Below are positions 1-12,789 of a stretch of 64,000 nucleotides of DNA, piece after piece. The DNA comes from Squalus acanthias (lineage: Eukaryota), in contig CM059431.1 in assembly GCA_030390025.1 (NCBI GenBank), forward strand, positions 106,952,001 through 107,016,000, written 5' to 3'. The position numbers and the translations under genes are program-made. Each line of letters begins with the position of its first letter. Position 1 is the first letter of the stretch. The notes beneath the pieces are model-generated. The model did not search any database and was not told the DNA's origin. It saw only the letters and a program-made list of their open reading frames with translations.

Positions 1-260
1 ACGGGTTTCGGTAGCACCTGAAACTGGCCAACTACCCGTTAATGTTTTCCTCATTGTTGAACCGGCTAGGAGCCTCCCTGGCTGGGTTTTGGGGGCCCCC
101 GAATACTTGTTTAATCACCCGAGAATGGCTCTCTCATTGTAGAGCCGTGGGGGTATTTGTGTGTTGATGTGTCTGGATGGGCCTTCGATTGCCCAGTACA
201 ATGGTCCTTACTTGTGCATGGAAAACGATTCCAGCACTCATATCTTTTGCTATTGTCACA
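1..260 (-). mobile_element. Possible LTR fragment truncated by the window edge
   Basis: CpG-containing non-coding stretch ending ...TGTCACA at 260 (TGTGACA start on the minus strand). The other end and the TSD are not visible. Confidence 0.2.
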
Positions 261-2917
261 AATGCAAACAGTTTGCATCCTGTCTTATATTGAAATGTTT
301 ATTCGAACGCCATCTTGTCTGCCCACTGTAATTCTGGAAGCTTCTGCCACGATGCGCGGCAGCCATTTTACAGGCTTCTGTGTCCTTTATATCATGACAG
401 CATTTCGTTTAATAAAACTGATCAAACGAATCTGCTTCTATCTTGTTATTTTGAATCGCGATAATTGCGAAACTTTACAGGACAGTTTGTTTAAAATATT
501 AATGTGCAGATTGACAGACAGCAGAAGAGATGATTTCAATCTGTCCAGATATTGAGCCATTACGGGAAAAGTTCAGAGGAAGTGACTGAATCCAGACATA
601 CTCATAAGGTGTGACATCTTTTGTTTATTAACATCAAGGTAGTGGCTCTAAACATGAAAGATGTCCCATGGCATAAATCACAGTTGGTTAGATTCAGTTC
701 TGGCAGGAATTTATAACTGTCTGGATAAACTGGGATTTGCTTCATCCATTTACAACATTGCCTCTGTAAAGTCCTGCAAAAGACAAACCTGCTTCATCCT
801 GTTGTTTATTTGACTTTTTCCAAGAAATGTGTTCTTAAAAGTGTATATTATTCTCTCAATTCTAATTATTTTTAAGTATTGTGCTGATTCAACGCATTGC
901 TGCATTGGCTTCTGCGGATTTATTCTGTAAAAATAATTCCACCGAGTAGTTTTAGCCCAACACACTGGCTGATCAGTGCATTTTCCACCCTTTGGAAGTG
1001 GCAGTAGAATTCGATGGGCGTTTATCCACAATTAGGGGTCAATTGTTAAATCTGGGCATGTTAAACCATAACATGGCATGCATTAGCACAACAGATGTTG
1101 GTTCCTATGAAACATGGTCTGCTCATTGTAGCTGCTTTTGCTACGAATAAAGTGTTGAGGAAAAATCCCAAACTGTAACGGGCCCCATAACTCGATTAGA
1201 TTACCATGTATGTATCTGATGCATATTCCAGCAGGAGCTGGAGGCCCAGCTGCGATCTGTTACTTTTCTTCCTGACTTAAAACAAACAAAGTTTAAGAAA
1301 AATAACTTTTTGCCGTGTTGAATCTATCAACAGATAGCAGATGCTTGTTCGCCACTTGCCAGTATGGTGGGGTAGCTTACAGTATGTAAAACATGGCACA
1401 GTATACATGCTTTTGTGCCACCTTTTAATGAGGCAATCTGGCTTGAATTAGGAAACACCTGGGCATATTTTTGACAAAACCTGATATGCAATAATTCAGG
1501 GTACTTTAGTTTATAATTCAGCTGTGATATCACTTGTATGCATTATTTCCATCAATTAGTACAGTTAAAAGCTAAATAGATTTGAAAATGTTGTTATTGT
1601 TCAATCTTCAATAATTGTTTTGAATTAATTGCGCTCGTCAATGAACAAAAACTATCCCCAAGGATTGGTTTGGACATTCAAATTTTGATGGGCCTTCCCC
1701 ATAACCTTGCAGTACGGTGCTTTCAGGAGACAATTTAATGCTGGGGGTGGGGGGGGGGGGGGGCGGGTGGATGTTAAAAGCCAAATTTCAATCTTCAGCA
1801 TTCAGTAGAAAATCATGGGCAATGCACGCTCAATTTTTCAATATGTGCGCCCTATAACGCAAAGCACTGTGCTGGAAGCACTGAAAACAAAAAATTACCA
1901 GCTGGCTGAAAGAGTGGCACAGGTTGGAAACCCATTTAAACTATGAGGGTAGATTTTATGTGTTTGTGCTCCCATTGTGAAGCTTCGCATGTCAGTATAT
2001 TGTGAGTTATTGAATTCACTGGTTTCCCATCCACTGTCTTAGATATTCTCTTGAATGCCATCGCACTGGTCACTTCTGTAAACAGTTTAAGCATCTTGCA
2101 TTCAGGAGTAAAGAAAGACATGAAAGAAAGAAAGATAGACTTGCATTTATGCCCTTACTGCCCAATGTCATCGTACCAGAGACCAGACAGGTCTCGAAGG
2201 AGAGCTACAGGGCAAAGAAGACAGCAGGGACATGCTAATCAAGTACCAAGTAGGCACTAGGTAAGTCTCAAATTAAGACATAAGCCAAGTAATCGCTTGG
2301 CTGGACAACAGGTGAGGCAACTATAGGAAGCATGTCAGAAGGAAAACAGTTCAGGCATGAAGATGTCGATTCAAAACTGAGGGATGCTCAAAAGTCAGAT
2401 AATTAGCAGCACCTCCGCTAGACTCACTGGAGGGTGCCAGAGAAAGCGTACTGTATAATGTGATAGTGAGTCAGCAGAGTGTCAGTAACTAAGCAATATG
2501 TGTTCAAATGCTTTAGAATAGACTGGTTACTAAGCCAGCAAGAGACAGATGGCAGAAGGTTAGATTGGGGATTAATTTGTATATTCCTATGCAACTGAAC
2601 AGAGTTGAATTAAGTATCCGGATGAATCAAGGGATGTATACTCAATCAGATATGTCAATCCTCACTCATTTGCATTTAAAAATATGACCAATTTGGACAT
2701 ATCCCGGTTCCATTGGTTTAAGTAGGTTTGCAATTGAACACAAATCTCACTCAAACACTTCCCTGATACTGACAGCTCGTGTTCTAATGTGCTGCTCCTG
2801 ACCAAACCCTATGATAAGACTTCATCACTCTATCTCTAAGGAGTAGAAATCTATTATCTTAAAAAGTCTAGATGCAAGGGTAAATTCAGCACTTCCACTC
2901 TCCCAAGTTTAAATTAT

Positions 2918-3236
2918 ATAGAATTTAAAGCACAGAAACAGGACATTCGGCCTAATTGGCCCATGCTGGTGTTTATGCTCCACATGAGCCCCCTCCCACC
3001 TTATTTCATCTCACCCTATCAACATATCCTTCTATTCCTTCCTCTCTCATGTGTTTATCTCATTCTTCCTTAAATGCATCTATGCTATTCGCCTCAACTA
3101 CTCCAAGTGGTAGCAAGTTCCATATTCTAACCATTCTCTCGGCAAAGAAGTTTCTCCTGAATTCCCTATTGGATTCATTAATGACTAGTTTATATTTATG
3201 ACCCTTAGTTTTGGACTCCACACAAGTGGAAGCATC
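2918..3236 (-). mobile_element. CR1 LINE 3' fragment
   Basis: Minus ORF KGHKYKL...FRRNFFAERMVRIWNLLP...FKEE matches the CR1 ORF2 C-terminus. Interrupted by a Harbinger at 3237. Confidence 0.85.
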
Positions 3237-4961
3237 GGCTGAGATTTTGCGTGGGGTTAGCGGGCGGGATCGGTGATGGGTCAGATGGGAACCTGCTGTC
3301 AACCCGCTGCAATGCACCTTTGCCAATGTTGGGTCTGTCAACGCTGAGCAGACCCAATTGGTAGTGGCGGGGGACCCAATTAAAATCATTAGCATCTACT
3401 TGACAGATGCCTAACAGGTTTTTTGAACTTAGCTGTTGACTTTAACTGCATGACCATGGGAACCAAACTGTTCGGGGACCACGGCTGTCAACCTGAGGCG
3501 GGAGTTCAGTGGCCATTGCTCCAGCTGATTACTTGGCAGCTGCAAGTGTACAGTTAAAGCTCCCACCAGGCAGAAGGTGTTTCTCAGTCCATTTCCAGCA
3601 CAGATTCTGCAGACTTTCCACTTTCCACTCTCCATCCACTCTTACCTCATTGGAAGAACTCTTTCACCATTGACAGATCATTTCTGTCATCTCTACTTCA
3701 CCTGCCATCTATTCCATCAACATGGGTGCCCTTTATACTGTCTCATCTTGGTCCTCAGAATCCCACCACAATCAACCCCAACACCAGCAGCACCAGGCAC
3801 ACCAGCAGTACCAACAACAACACCAATCTTCTCCGCAATCACCTGATACTGCACAGGACAGAAGGCATCAGCACCCGAACATATTGCTGCCCGGGAGGTC
3901 AGGGATGGCCTCATCATGGCTAGATTTACATAAAACTTTACGCTGTACATCCTGGCTGCCACATGATGCGCCAGGTTGGCACCACACCACACCAACACCA
4001 AAGAGCATCCCTACAATGACCTAGCCATTCCTTTCACACTCATCATCATTGCGGGGGGTACCGTTATGTGTCACCATTCACTGCAACTCACTAAGCCACT
4101 TCCAAAGGTGCACACAAATCTGTCCAATACCGGAAAGTGTTGAAAATAAAGATTTCAATGTTTGACAGCACATCAACAGAAACTTTACATGAACATTGGA
4201 TAAAACACACAAGTGGCTACCCTTGTGTGTTGTTAGTTGATATGATTGCACTAGGATGAGGGTGAGTGTGAGTGGTGGCTAGTGAGATGGGAATGTGATA
4301 ATGTAGATAGAGAGAGATGGGTGGAGGTGCAAGGTAAGTTGGTGCAAGTAACGATGTGCAGGAGTAGGGTAGGGAAGGCAGAGTGATGGGGATGTGATGA
4401 GAGGGACAGCAGGATGAGGTTGAGTGTGGTTTTGTACTAACATTTCGTGATCTAATGAGATCATTGAAATGTTTGTGCCACTCCATCCAGGTCCTCCTGA
4501 CCACAGCCCTGCTTGTGCCCTCCTGTGTAATGTGCAACCAGGCTGTGTTGATCACCTGGGGCGGTCTCTTCCGCCCATGGTAACGGAAGAGGACCTCCCT
4601 GCGTGCTGTGACTCCCTCCATAAGCATATGGAGGGAGTCATGGAAGAACGTTGATGCAGCCCTCTCCCTCTGTGCAGTCATTGTCGGTGTTTGCAGCACG
4701 TCAATGCTGCAGAATACTGACAGCAGAAACGTCAAAAGTAAGGCGGCCATGGTCCCTTTAAGGAAAGCAGCTGGTGACGTGTCATGAATGACGTCACCAG
4801 ACCCGCTTCCTCTAATTGGGTCGGGAAACGCGCTGGGCAGGCTTAACGAGCCCTATCAACGTAAATTCATTTTAGGCAGTAGGATGGAGCCAGCAGCGGG
4901 GCCACGACCCCACACCAACATTGCCCACCCCGGACCCGCTGGGGTGAGCAAAATCCCAGCC
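3237..4961. mobile_element. Non-autonomous PIF/Harbinger deletion derivative, copy 1
   Basis: TIRs GGCTGAGATTTTGC / GCAAAATCCCAGCC. Transposase N-terminus on + (MGALYTVSSWSSES, 3722) resembles the 27469 transposase start. Myb-like exon on -. Collinear with copies at 7022 and 62784. Confidence 0.85.
4441..4681 (-). pseudogene. Harbinger Myb/SANT-like DNA-binding domain, exon 1
   Basis: MTAQRERAASTF...REVLF...AW..ITQE...RRTWMEWHKHFNDL followed by a GTTAGT donor-like site. Aligns by eye with the 46938 protein. Confidence 0.75.
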
Positions 4962-5823
4962 TACCTATTGTGAACAATTAACTTTTAAATAATTCCCTTC
5001 TGACAAACTCTAATCATAGGAAACTATGGAATGTGGAAAGACCATACAGCCCATCAATCCCATTGCCTCCAACAAACCATTTAATTGGCTGCTATCAGGG
5101 ACTCCTTCCAATTTATTTAATCCCTTGAAAGAGGTGAATAACCACAGACAAAAGTTCTATAACAAAACTGTGTGAGATTTCTCCTTGAAGCCTGAGGTAA
5201 TTGAGTGAAGTTTTAGGATATCAATTGAACATTACAGTCTAAATTATTCAACCCTGAGGTTTGCTAGTCAGAGGAGGCGACACAAATTAAATTAGCTGAA
5301 CTTAAAAATACAGGAACTGACAGAAATGGCCATTATAAGATGAACATCAACACTAGCTGCAATCAAGATCAGATGACAGACTTTTTTCACTGGCTATTTA
5401 AAAAATACTATACCTATTAAATACATGAGATAGCTCCACCTGGTCACTGAAAGGATAATAAGGCTCTTAGTGCGTACAGGAATCCATTGTAGATAGCATG
5501 TGTCCCTTAATGTTACATTTATTACATTATTGTTACTCCATTTTGATAATGGGGAAAATCTCTTCCTTAATAAAGGGAAATCAGACTAGTGACCCTCTGG
5601 TGACTCTCCTTAATCGCACACTGCACACCTCAATGGCTTTAATGAAACTTCTCCAGATAAAGACTCCTACTGCTACGCAAGTGCCCCAGGATTTCATTCA
5701 GCCTCTGTAGCAGCTTTAGTTCAAATCAGGCGTTGTTTGTTGAGTGTGAGCAGATGAAACTGTATTAAAATTAATAACAGAAGCAATTTAGCAAATCCAT
5801 CATATATAGTGAGATAATACATT

Positions 5824-6583
5824 GGCTTGTAATTTCCAATAGGAGGTTTCCTGCGTGCGGATGCCTCCTATCGGAAAAAAATCTACGGACTTACCTGAGG
5901 GCTCCCGAGGTCCGGACACTTCCGCTCCTGGGCCTCTCCAGAGTCGAAATGCGCAGGGCCCACGTATCCCAGGGGCGCAGGCGGTTCGCAAACGTCCCTA
6001 GGATCACGTGGGCTACGGGGAGCCAATTGGAGAAGGGAATCTCCCTTCATACTTTTGACAGGCAGACCTGTCAAATATATGAATGGAGATCACCCCAAAA
6101 AGACACTAAAACATTAAATACATTTTTAAAAAACCATCACGATTTTAAAATTAGTTAAAATTACATTAAATTAAATATTTTAAACAAAAATTTAATTTTT
6201 TGAACAAAATAATTAAAGTTTTTTACGGGGCTAAAAATAAACTTACCTTTTTTAAAAGTATTTTAAAATTATAAATGAGTGAAAAAAATTTTTTCACTTT
6301 TTTTCAACTCTTATGTTGGTAAAAGCAGGCCTTAAACCTGCTTTTACCAGGCGTAAGATTTCGAAGGGTTTTCTGCGGGCGGATGTTCTCCAGAAAGCGG
6401 AACTATCCGCCCGCAGAGGCCCTTCTCTAGGGCAGGCGTCCGATCTGTCAAGAGCAGTCTTGACAGATTGGAAATGCTGGTTTTCAGCACATGCGCTTCG
6501 CATGCTTGAAACCGACATTTCCAATGTCCCTACGGGTGGGTACACAGTCTGTACACACCCGTAGGCATCGGAATATACGGGCC
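5824..6583 (-). mobile_element. Harbinger-type MITE, family A (reverse orientation)
   Basis: Degenerate TIRs GGCTTGTAATTTCC / GGAATATACGGGCC, ATT on both flanks, GC-rich arms with an AT-rich core. Same layout as the 17636, 19307 and 28719 copies. Confidence 0.8.
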
Positions 6584-6692
6584 ATTGAGATTGAAACAGT
6601 TTTAACATTACACGCAACAGGGCCTGCATCAGCAAGCCAAACTCTTTAAACAGTTAACCAAAGCAGCCTGAATTAAATAAATACTTCTGTTT

Positions 6693-7021
6693 CAACAACA
6701 ACAACTCATATTTATAGAGCGCCTTTAACGTAGTAAAATGTCCCAAGGAGCGTTATCAGACAAAATTTGACATCGAGTCACATAAGGAGATATTAGGGCA
6801 GATGACCAAAAGATAGGTTTTAAGGAGCGTCTTAAAGGAGGAAAGAGAGGTAGGGAGGCGGAGAGGTTTAGGAAAGGAATTCCAGAGCTTAGGGCCAAGG
6901 CAGCTGAAGACACGGCCGCCAATGGTGGAGCGATTAAAATCAGGGATGCTCAAGAGGCCAGAATTAGAGTAGCGCAGATATCTCGGAGGGTTGTGGGGCT
7001 GTATGAGATTACAGAGATAGA
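6693..7021 (-). mobile_element. L2 LINE 3' fragment
   Basis: STIGGRVFSCLGPKLWNS..P..LR....FKTLLKTYL with a (TTG)n tail. Interrupted by a Harbinger at 7022. Confidence 0.85.
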
Positions 7022-8769
7022 GGCCAAGATTTTCTGAAGGGGGGTCAGCGGGCGCGATCGGTGGCGGGTCGGGTGGGAAAGTGTTTTTTTTCCCCAGTGT
7101 GTCGGGAACCCACTGTGAACCCACTGCCATGCGCCTTTCCCCGGTGTCGGGTCTGTCAGTGCTGAGCAGACCCGACACGCAGCGGTGGGGGACCCAATTC
7201 AGGTAATTATGGGTCTGTTTAGAGATCATTAAGAATATATTTGAGCTCACCTTTTGATTTTATGTGCTCGACCACGGGGTCCTCGCTGCTCGGGGACCAC
7301 ATCTGTTGAGCTGAGGTGAGAGTTCAGTGGCCATCGAATCAGCTGTTGAGTTGACAGCTTCAAATGTAAAATAAAAGCTCCTACCTTGCAGAGATAGCTT
7401 CCCTCAGCCACAAGCTCTTCCTCACTGCATTTCCACAACAGATTCACCAGGTTACAAGTTTTCACATAAGTCTCCATCCAGTCTCACCTCATTACCTCTC
7501 TCACCATTGACAGATCGCTTCTGTCATCTCTACTTCACCTGCCATCTATTCCATCAGCATGGGTGCCCTTGAAATATCTCACTTTGGTCCTCAGAATCCC
7601 ACCACGATCAGCCCCAACACCAGCAGCACCAGGCACACCAGCAGCACCAACAACAACACCAACCCTCTCCGCAATCAACTGATGCTGCACAGGACACAAG
7701 GCATCAGCACCCGACCACATTGCTGCCCGGGATGCCAGGGATGGCCTCACCATGGCCAGATTTACTTCACTTGACGCTGTACACCCTGGCTGCCACATGA
7801 TGTGCCAGGTTGGCACCACCCCACACCATCACCATAAAGCATCCCTACAATGCCCAAGCCATTCCTTTCACACTCATCACCATTGCGGGGATACCGTTAT
7901 GTCTCACCATTCACTGCAACTCACTCAGCCACTTCCAAAGGTGTACACAAATCTGTTCAAGAACGCAAAGAGTTGAAAATAAAGGTTTCAATGTTTGACA
8001 GCACATTAACAGAAACTTTACATGAGCATTGCATAAAACACCCAAGTGCCTACCCTTGTGTGTTAGTTGGTATGATTGCACTAGGATGAGGGTGAGTGTG
8101 AGGGGTGGCTTGTGAGATGAGTATGTGATAATGTAGATAGAGAGGGATGGGTGGAGGTGCAAGGTAAGTTGGTGTGAGTACGGATGTGCAGGAGTAGGGT
8201 AGGGAAGGCAGAGTGATGGGGATGTGATGAGAGGCACAGCAGGATGAGGTTGAGTGTGGTTTTGTACTAAGGTTTCGTGATCTACTGAGATCATTGAAAC
8301 GTGTGTGGCACTGCACCCAGGTTTTCCTGCCCACATCTCTGCTTGTGTCCTCCTCTGCAACGTGCAACCAGGCTGTGTTGATCTTCTGGGGAGGTTTCTT
8401 CCGCCCATGGGAAGGGAAGAGGACTTCCCTGCGTGCTGTGACTCACTCCATAAGCATATGGAGGGAGTCATGGGAGAGCCTGGGTGCAGCCCTGCACCTC
8501 TGTGCAGTGCTTGTCAGTGTAGAACACTGACAGCACAAATGTCAAATTCAATTTGGCCATGGTCCCTTTAAGGAAACCGGCTGATGACGCGTCATCAAAT
8601 GACATCACCAGACCCGCTTCCTCTAATTGGCCGAGAAACGTGCTGGGCAGGTTTAACAAGCCCCATCAGGGGAAAATAATTTCTGACAGCGGGATGGAGC
8701 CAGCAGCAGGGTCGGGACCCGCCACCGACGACCCGCCACTGACCTGCAGAGGTGAGCAAATTCGCGGCC
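7022..8769. mobile_element. Non-autonomous PIF/Harbinger deletion derivative, copy 2
   Basis: TIRs GGCCAAGATTTT / AAAATTCGCGGCC, flanks AGA/AGG, collinear with 3237-4961. Confidence 0.85.
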
Positions 8770-9139
8770 AGGGAGTTTCACACACAATACGCCCTAGGTT
8801 ACAGACAGGGATATTACTTCGATACAGAAATTGCATATTGCTAAACTCGGTAACAAAACATGGCCTCTGCTCTTGTCTTAATCCTGCACACTATTACAGC
8901 TCTTGCATAACAATAGGTTAAATGCTTTCTACAACTTGTCCAGTAAATGTTACTTTTTGACTGACATCCAGTCACTTTTTCCTGCAGGGTTTTCACTGAT
9001 CCGAAGTTGCACCAAAGTGAGTCAGGTGGTTTCTTCCACGCAAACTGGTTGAAAGAAGCTTATTATGAAAAGCATTAATGTCAATCCGTTACCCAGCAGT
9101 CAGAAAAAAACATTGCTATTAACCAGAAAACACCACACA

Positions 9140-9275
9140 GCAGGTTGATCAATATTTAAAAGAGAAAGACAGATTAACAGTTGGGATGAAGGAATCACAC
9201 TGAACACATTAATTTATCTTTCTCTCTCAGATGTTGACCTGCTGTGTACTGCCTGCATTTTCAGGTTTTACACTG
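9140..9275. mobile_element. Decayed PLE fold-back remnant
   Basis: CAGCAGGT...AGAGAAAGACAGATTAAC faces TTTCTCTCTCAGATGTTGACCTGCTG, the same pLTR motif as at 28.4 and 36.7 kb. Confidence 0.4.
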
Positions 9276-10603
9276 CAGCCACCCATTGGTCAGTGGAAAT
9301 TGGAGTCAATTGTGTTTTGCTGAGGACTATGGGATTGATTGAACTTCACTTTGAAGGTAAAGCCTGCCAGAAATGATTAAGGAAAGGCTGTCTCAAAGAC
9401 TCATTGGTGAAGTCTGCTAAGATATACAGACAGGAAGATTTGATCCTCAGTCTGTGCTGAATTAACTTAGCCAGAGCATTGATATAGATGCTGCAACTGG
9501 CCATCGTCCAACCTGTGGAATCATACCCCAGTGAGGAAGTCAATGCTTTTAAGGAGAGAATTGAAGAAGAAATAAAGAAGAACTATGATTATGTAAGCGA
9601 TGATAAGGTTTATTAAAAAATCCTGCCAAACTAACAACTGAAAATATCTAAAACAAACTCAAGCCATTTCCCTTCTGAGAATACATTTCTTGAATGGGTG
9701 TACAAAGCATACTAGAATTTTTTTATATCTGACTGGCCATTCACAGAGCACAGTGGAACTCAACTGTTTATAAGTCCCATTCACTAAATGGACAAGGGTT
9801 GCGAAATGATGGCTTTAAGAGGCCGGAAGACATTATTAGAACTAGTACAACTGCAAATTTGTTTGTATGAAAATATCAAAACAAGATAAAGCATGAAATT
9901 TTGAATTTAATGTGCGTAGTTTTGACAGGAAAAATAATATAAGTACTGTAATGATATTGAAAGATTCCTTATTTATGCAACAACAGCATGTTACGTGCAT
10001 AGATTTAATTATTCATTTCTGTAATTTTGGTATGTGCCAGAAACATTCATTGTTTATCTGCCTGGGTAATCAAGGATACATTTTTATTTCTTTGGTCCAA
10101 AAAAACTTACTTCGCTCTGATCACATCTGTCTCAAGCTTCTTTCCAAACCCTTTCAATGCTCAAGTGCACGACCCCTAGTCCACATCCCAGCATCCCGTT
10201 ACCTAGCACTTTATAAGACTCGTCTAAAATACAAGTAACTTTATATTCTCTTCCCTTCCCAAAAGTATCATATTCTCAGCTATTTACATAACTGTCAACT
10301 CTTTCAATTGCTGAATCTCTGACTCATGAGATCTGCTCTTCCAATTAAAAGTCTGACAATTAGCACGCATGACACTTTAAATCTATCACATTTTAATAAT
10401 TGACTGAGTGTCATATTTAAATCTAACATAATTTACATCAGAATCTCATGCTGTAAATCTATCTGCAGCACTTCAGTGATTTGCTTAAATAATCAATATC
10501 TGTTCAATTAAGCATCCTGGCTTACCCAAAATGGTTTACTACCATTATTAGTCAGGACTTATGAGCCAACTACCGTGAAACCAACCAATCAAGTTGCTGA
10601 AAT

Positions 10604-10874
10604 GGGGGCGATTTTAACCCTACTCACTCATCAGAAACTTGGCGGGTGGGCAGTTAAAATTGTCCTGGGCTCTTGCTTGTCCGAAAGCCGCCATGATCGC
10701 AACATCTGCAATTTTAATCTGCTCTCCTGAGCAGGCAGCAAGGGCACACGCGGCCGGAGCCAACAGGGTCCTTCCTTACATCTGCGCATTGCGGCCCAAT
10801 GACATCATTGAGACCCGACTGTAATTTCAACTCCGGCCTGACTGGGGAATCCACCTGGAGTTAAAAATCGCCTC
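10604..10874. mobile_element. Short Harbinger-type MITE
   Basis: TIRs GGGGGCGATTTTAAC / GTTAAAAATCGCCTC and an internal TGACATCA. Confidence 0.6.
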
Positions 10875-11354
10875 TATTTCTCTTCCTCGTTCAGGTCAGT
10901 ATTTACAGCTGAAAATAACATTTATAACCTAACAAATCTAGAACACGCACAATTCGGGGGAAAAAAAATGATGTAAACTGACCCATGAAATGACCCACTT
11001 CATTTTAAAGTGATTGCAAAGAGGTTCCACCACCTAGGGTGCAGCCCTCATTCTGGGACTCCAGTTCTGCCTCAGTCCCAGAACCTGAGCCTATGCTGGG
11101 GAGTTGCAGCCCCTGTTGGCCAAATCCTGTGTGCGAGCGAGATGTATAATGGGAGCTGTTGTTTTCATCCTCCTCTTGTGGAATTACAAAGCTAGAGCTT
11201 AGGTAAGTATTATCCACGTGGGAGGTAATGCAATCTTATCATGTCGATAACTGTGAAGCTGTTTTGGGGACAGAATTTTTATGAAGTGTATATTTTAGTC
11301 GTATACAGTAATAAAGCTCCATATAAGTATCATTGTTATTATAATAGCATTATA

Positions 11355-11465
11355 TAACATTACAACAATGACTACACTCCAAAAGTACTTCATTGGTTGT
11401 AAAGCGCTTTGAGACGTCCAGTGGTCGTGAAAGGCGTTATATAAATGCAAGTCTTTCTTCTTTCT
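11355..11465 (+). mobile_element. DeuSINE-like SINE 3' tail
   Basis: CATTACAACAATGACTACACT...GTAAAGCGCTTTG...ATATAAATGCAAGTCTTTCTT, the reverse complement of the 23232 SINE tail. Confidence 0.7.
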
Positions 11466-12789
11466 TTCTATAATAGGGGATTTTTCAGTAGCATTGTGTG
11501 TGAGTTGAAGTCTTGAGAAGATTGGCTGACTCAGAGCTGTTTGTAGTCTGAAGTGTTAAATTGTTATTTTCAACATTGATTTGATATTTTTCTCCCCTAT
11601 TTTTTCCCTGTCTAGATTACAAAATTCTCCCTTTCTTCTTTTCCCTGCTCCCATTTTCTATAAATTTCCGATTTCAATGTCCTCCCATTTCTACCTATAG
11701 TGTTGGCTTGGTGCGAGGTAGCATAGAACAGGCGTTCCAAATTTCAAGCCCTGCACCAGGTTGTAAACTTTAACCTAAAAATACTGAAAATGAAACACTG
11801 ATAAAGAGATTGCGAAAATGATGAATAGTGTTTAAAAGGTTGCAAACTTCGCTCCAAGTATTAAAACTAATTAAAAACAGAAAATGAATATTACACGTCT
11901 TGAAGTGAAAGTAAGCAAACCTCATGCAGTTTCCATGGTTATAATGGAGCGATAACCAATGTGGATTTCTCACGTCCTTATCCAAAAGATGATCAATCTA
12001 TTTGAGATGCAGGGCAATCTATAGACAGGATTAATAAAAATCAAATAGACTTCATTCTGGTAATTAGAAAAATCAAGACTTGCATTTATATAGCGCCTTT
12101 CACAAATCAGAGCATCCCAAAGCGCTTTACAGCCAATCAAGTACTCTTGAAGTGTAGTCACTGTTGTAACGTAGGAAAACAATGTAGAAACCCAAGTGTT
12201 ACAAATTGTTGCATTTTGCTAATGCTGACGTAGGAACTGACCACCAACTAGTGCCTTAGACGATGTTTGCTAAATACTTTCACAATGCCAAATAAAACCA
12301 GCACTTCTTTAAATGTTGAAAAATTATGAAACGTTGCTGATAAAATACAATTTGATGAAAGAAACCAACTGTTGCAAGTTTCATTCTGTCTTGGATATTC
12401 TTTTGGGCACAGCAGTGTTGATCAATCCTGTAAGTGGTCCAAGCATCTTATGTTCAGGGGTGCGCCCATACTGCCCAACGACTAATTCCACAATAATGTT
12501 ACCCAGGGGTGTAACAATAAGGAACCCTTATGATCTGAACTGGAGAGCTTGTCTTCCATGTATACCCAGCTGTGAGCTTCTCCAATCTTTCAATAGGAAG
12601 ACTGAGAAATGCTTCAATCAGAAAGGCATGATGCAAATGATTGAACTCCTTATTTTACAGACAGCAAGTGAATACACGGAGTAATGTTTAAAGCACATTC
12701 CATTTCTGTCACTCGCACACATACACACACATCTCTTTTCTAAAAAAAGTAGAAAAAATAACTAATACACCCTCTCAGACTGAACCAAA

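Noticed and set aside
1743..1770. Poly-G run as a functional G-quadruplex
   Set aside because: Simple homopolymer with no supporting context.
157..2260. Short ORFs in the first 2.3 kb as host genes
   Set aside because: No recognisable domain or splice-consistent exon chain; lengths fit chance ORFs.
11100..11208. Possible exon ending at TAG/GTAAGT (11203)
   Set aside because: Weak acceptor and no recognisable peptide; isolated donors such as this one and the one at 2261 are expected by chance.
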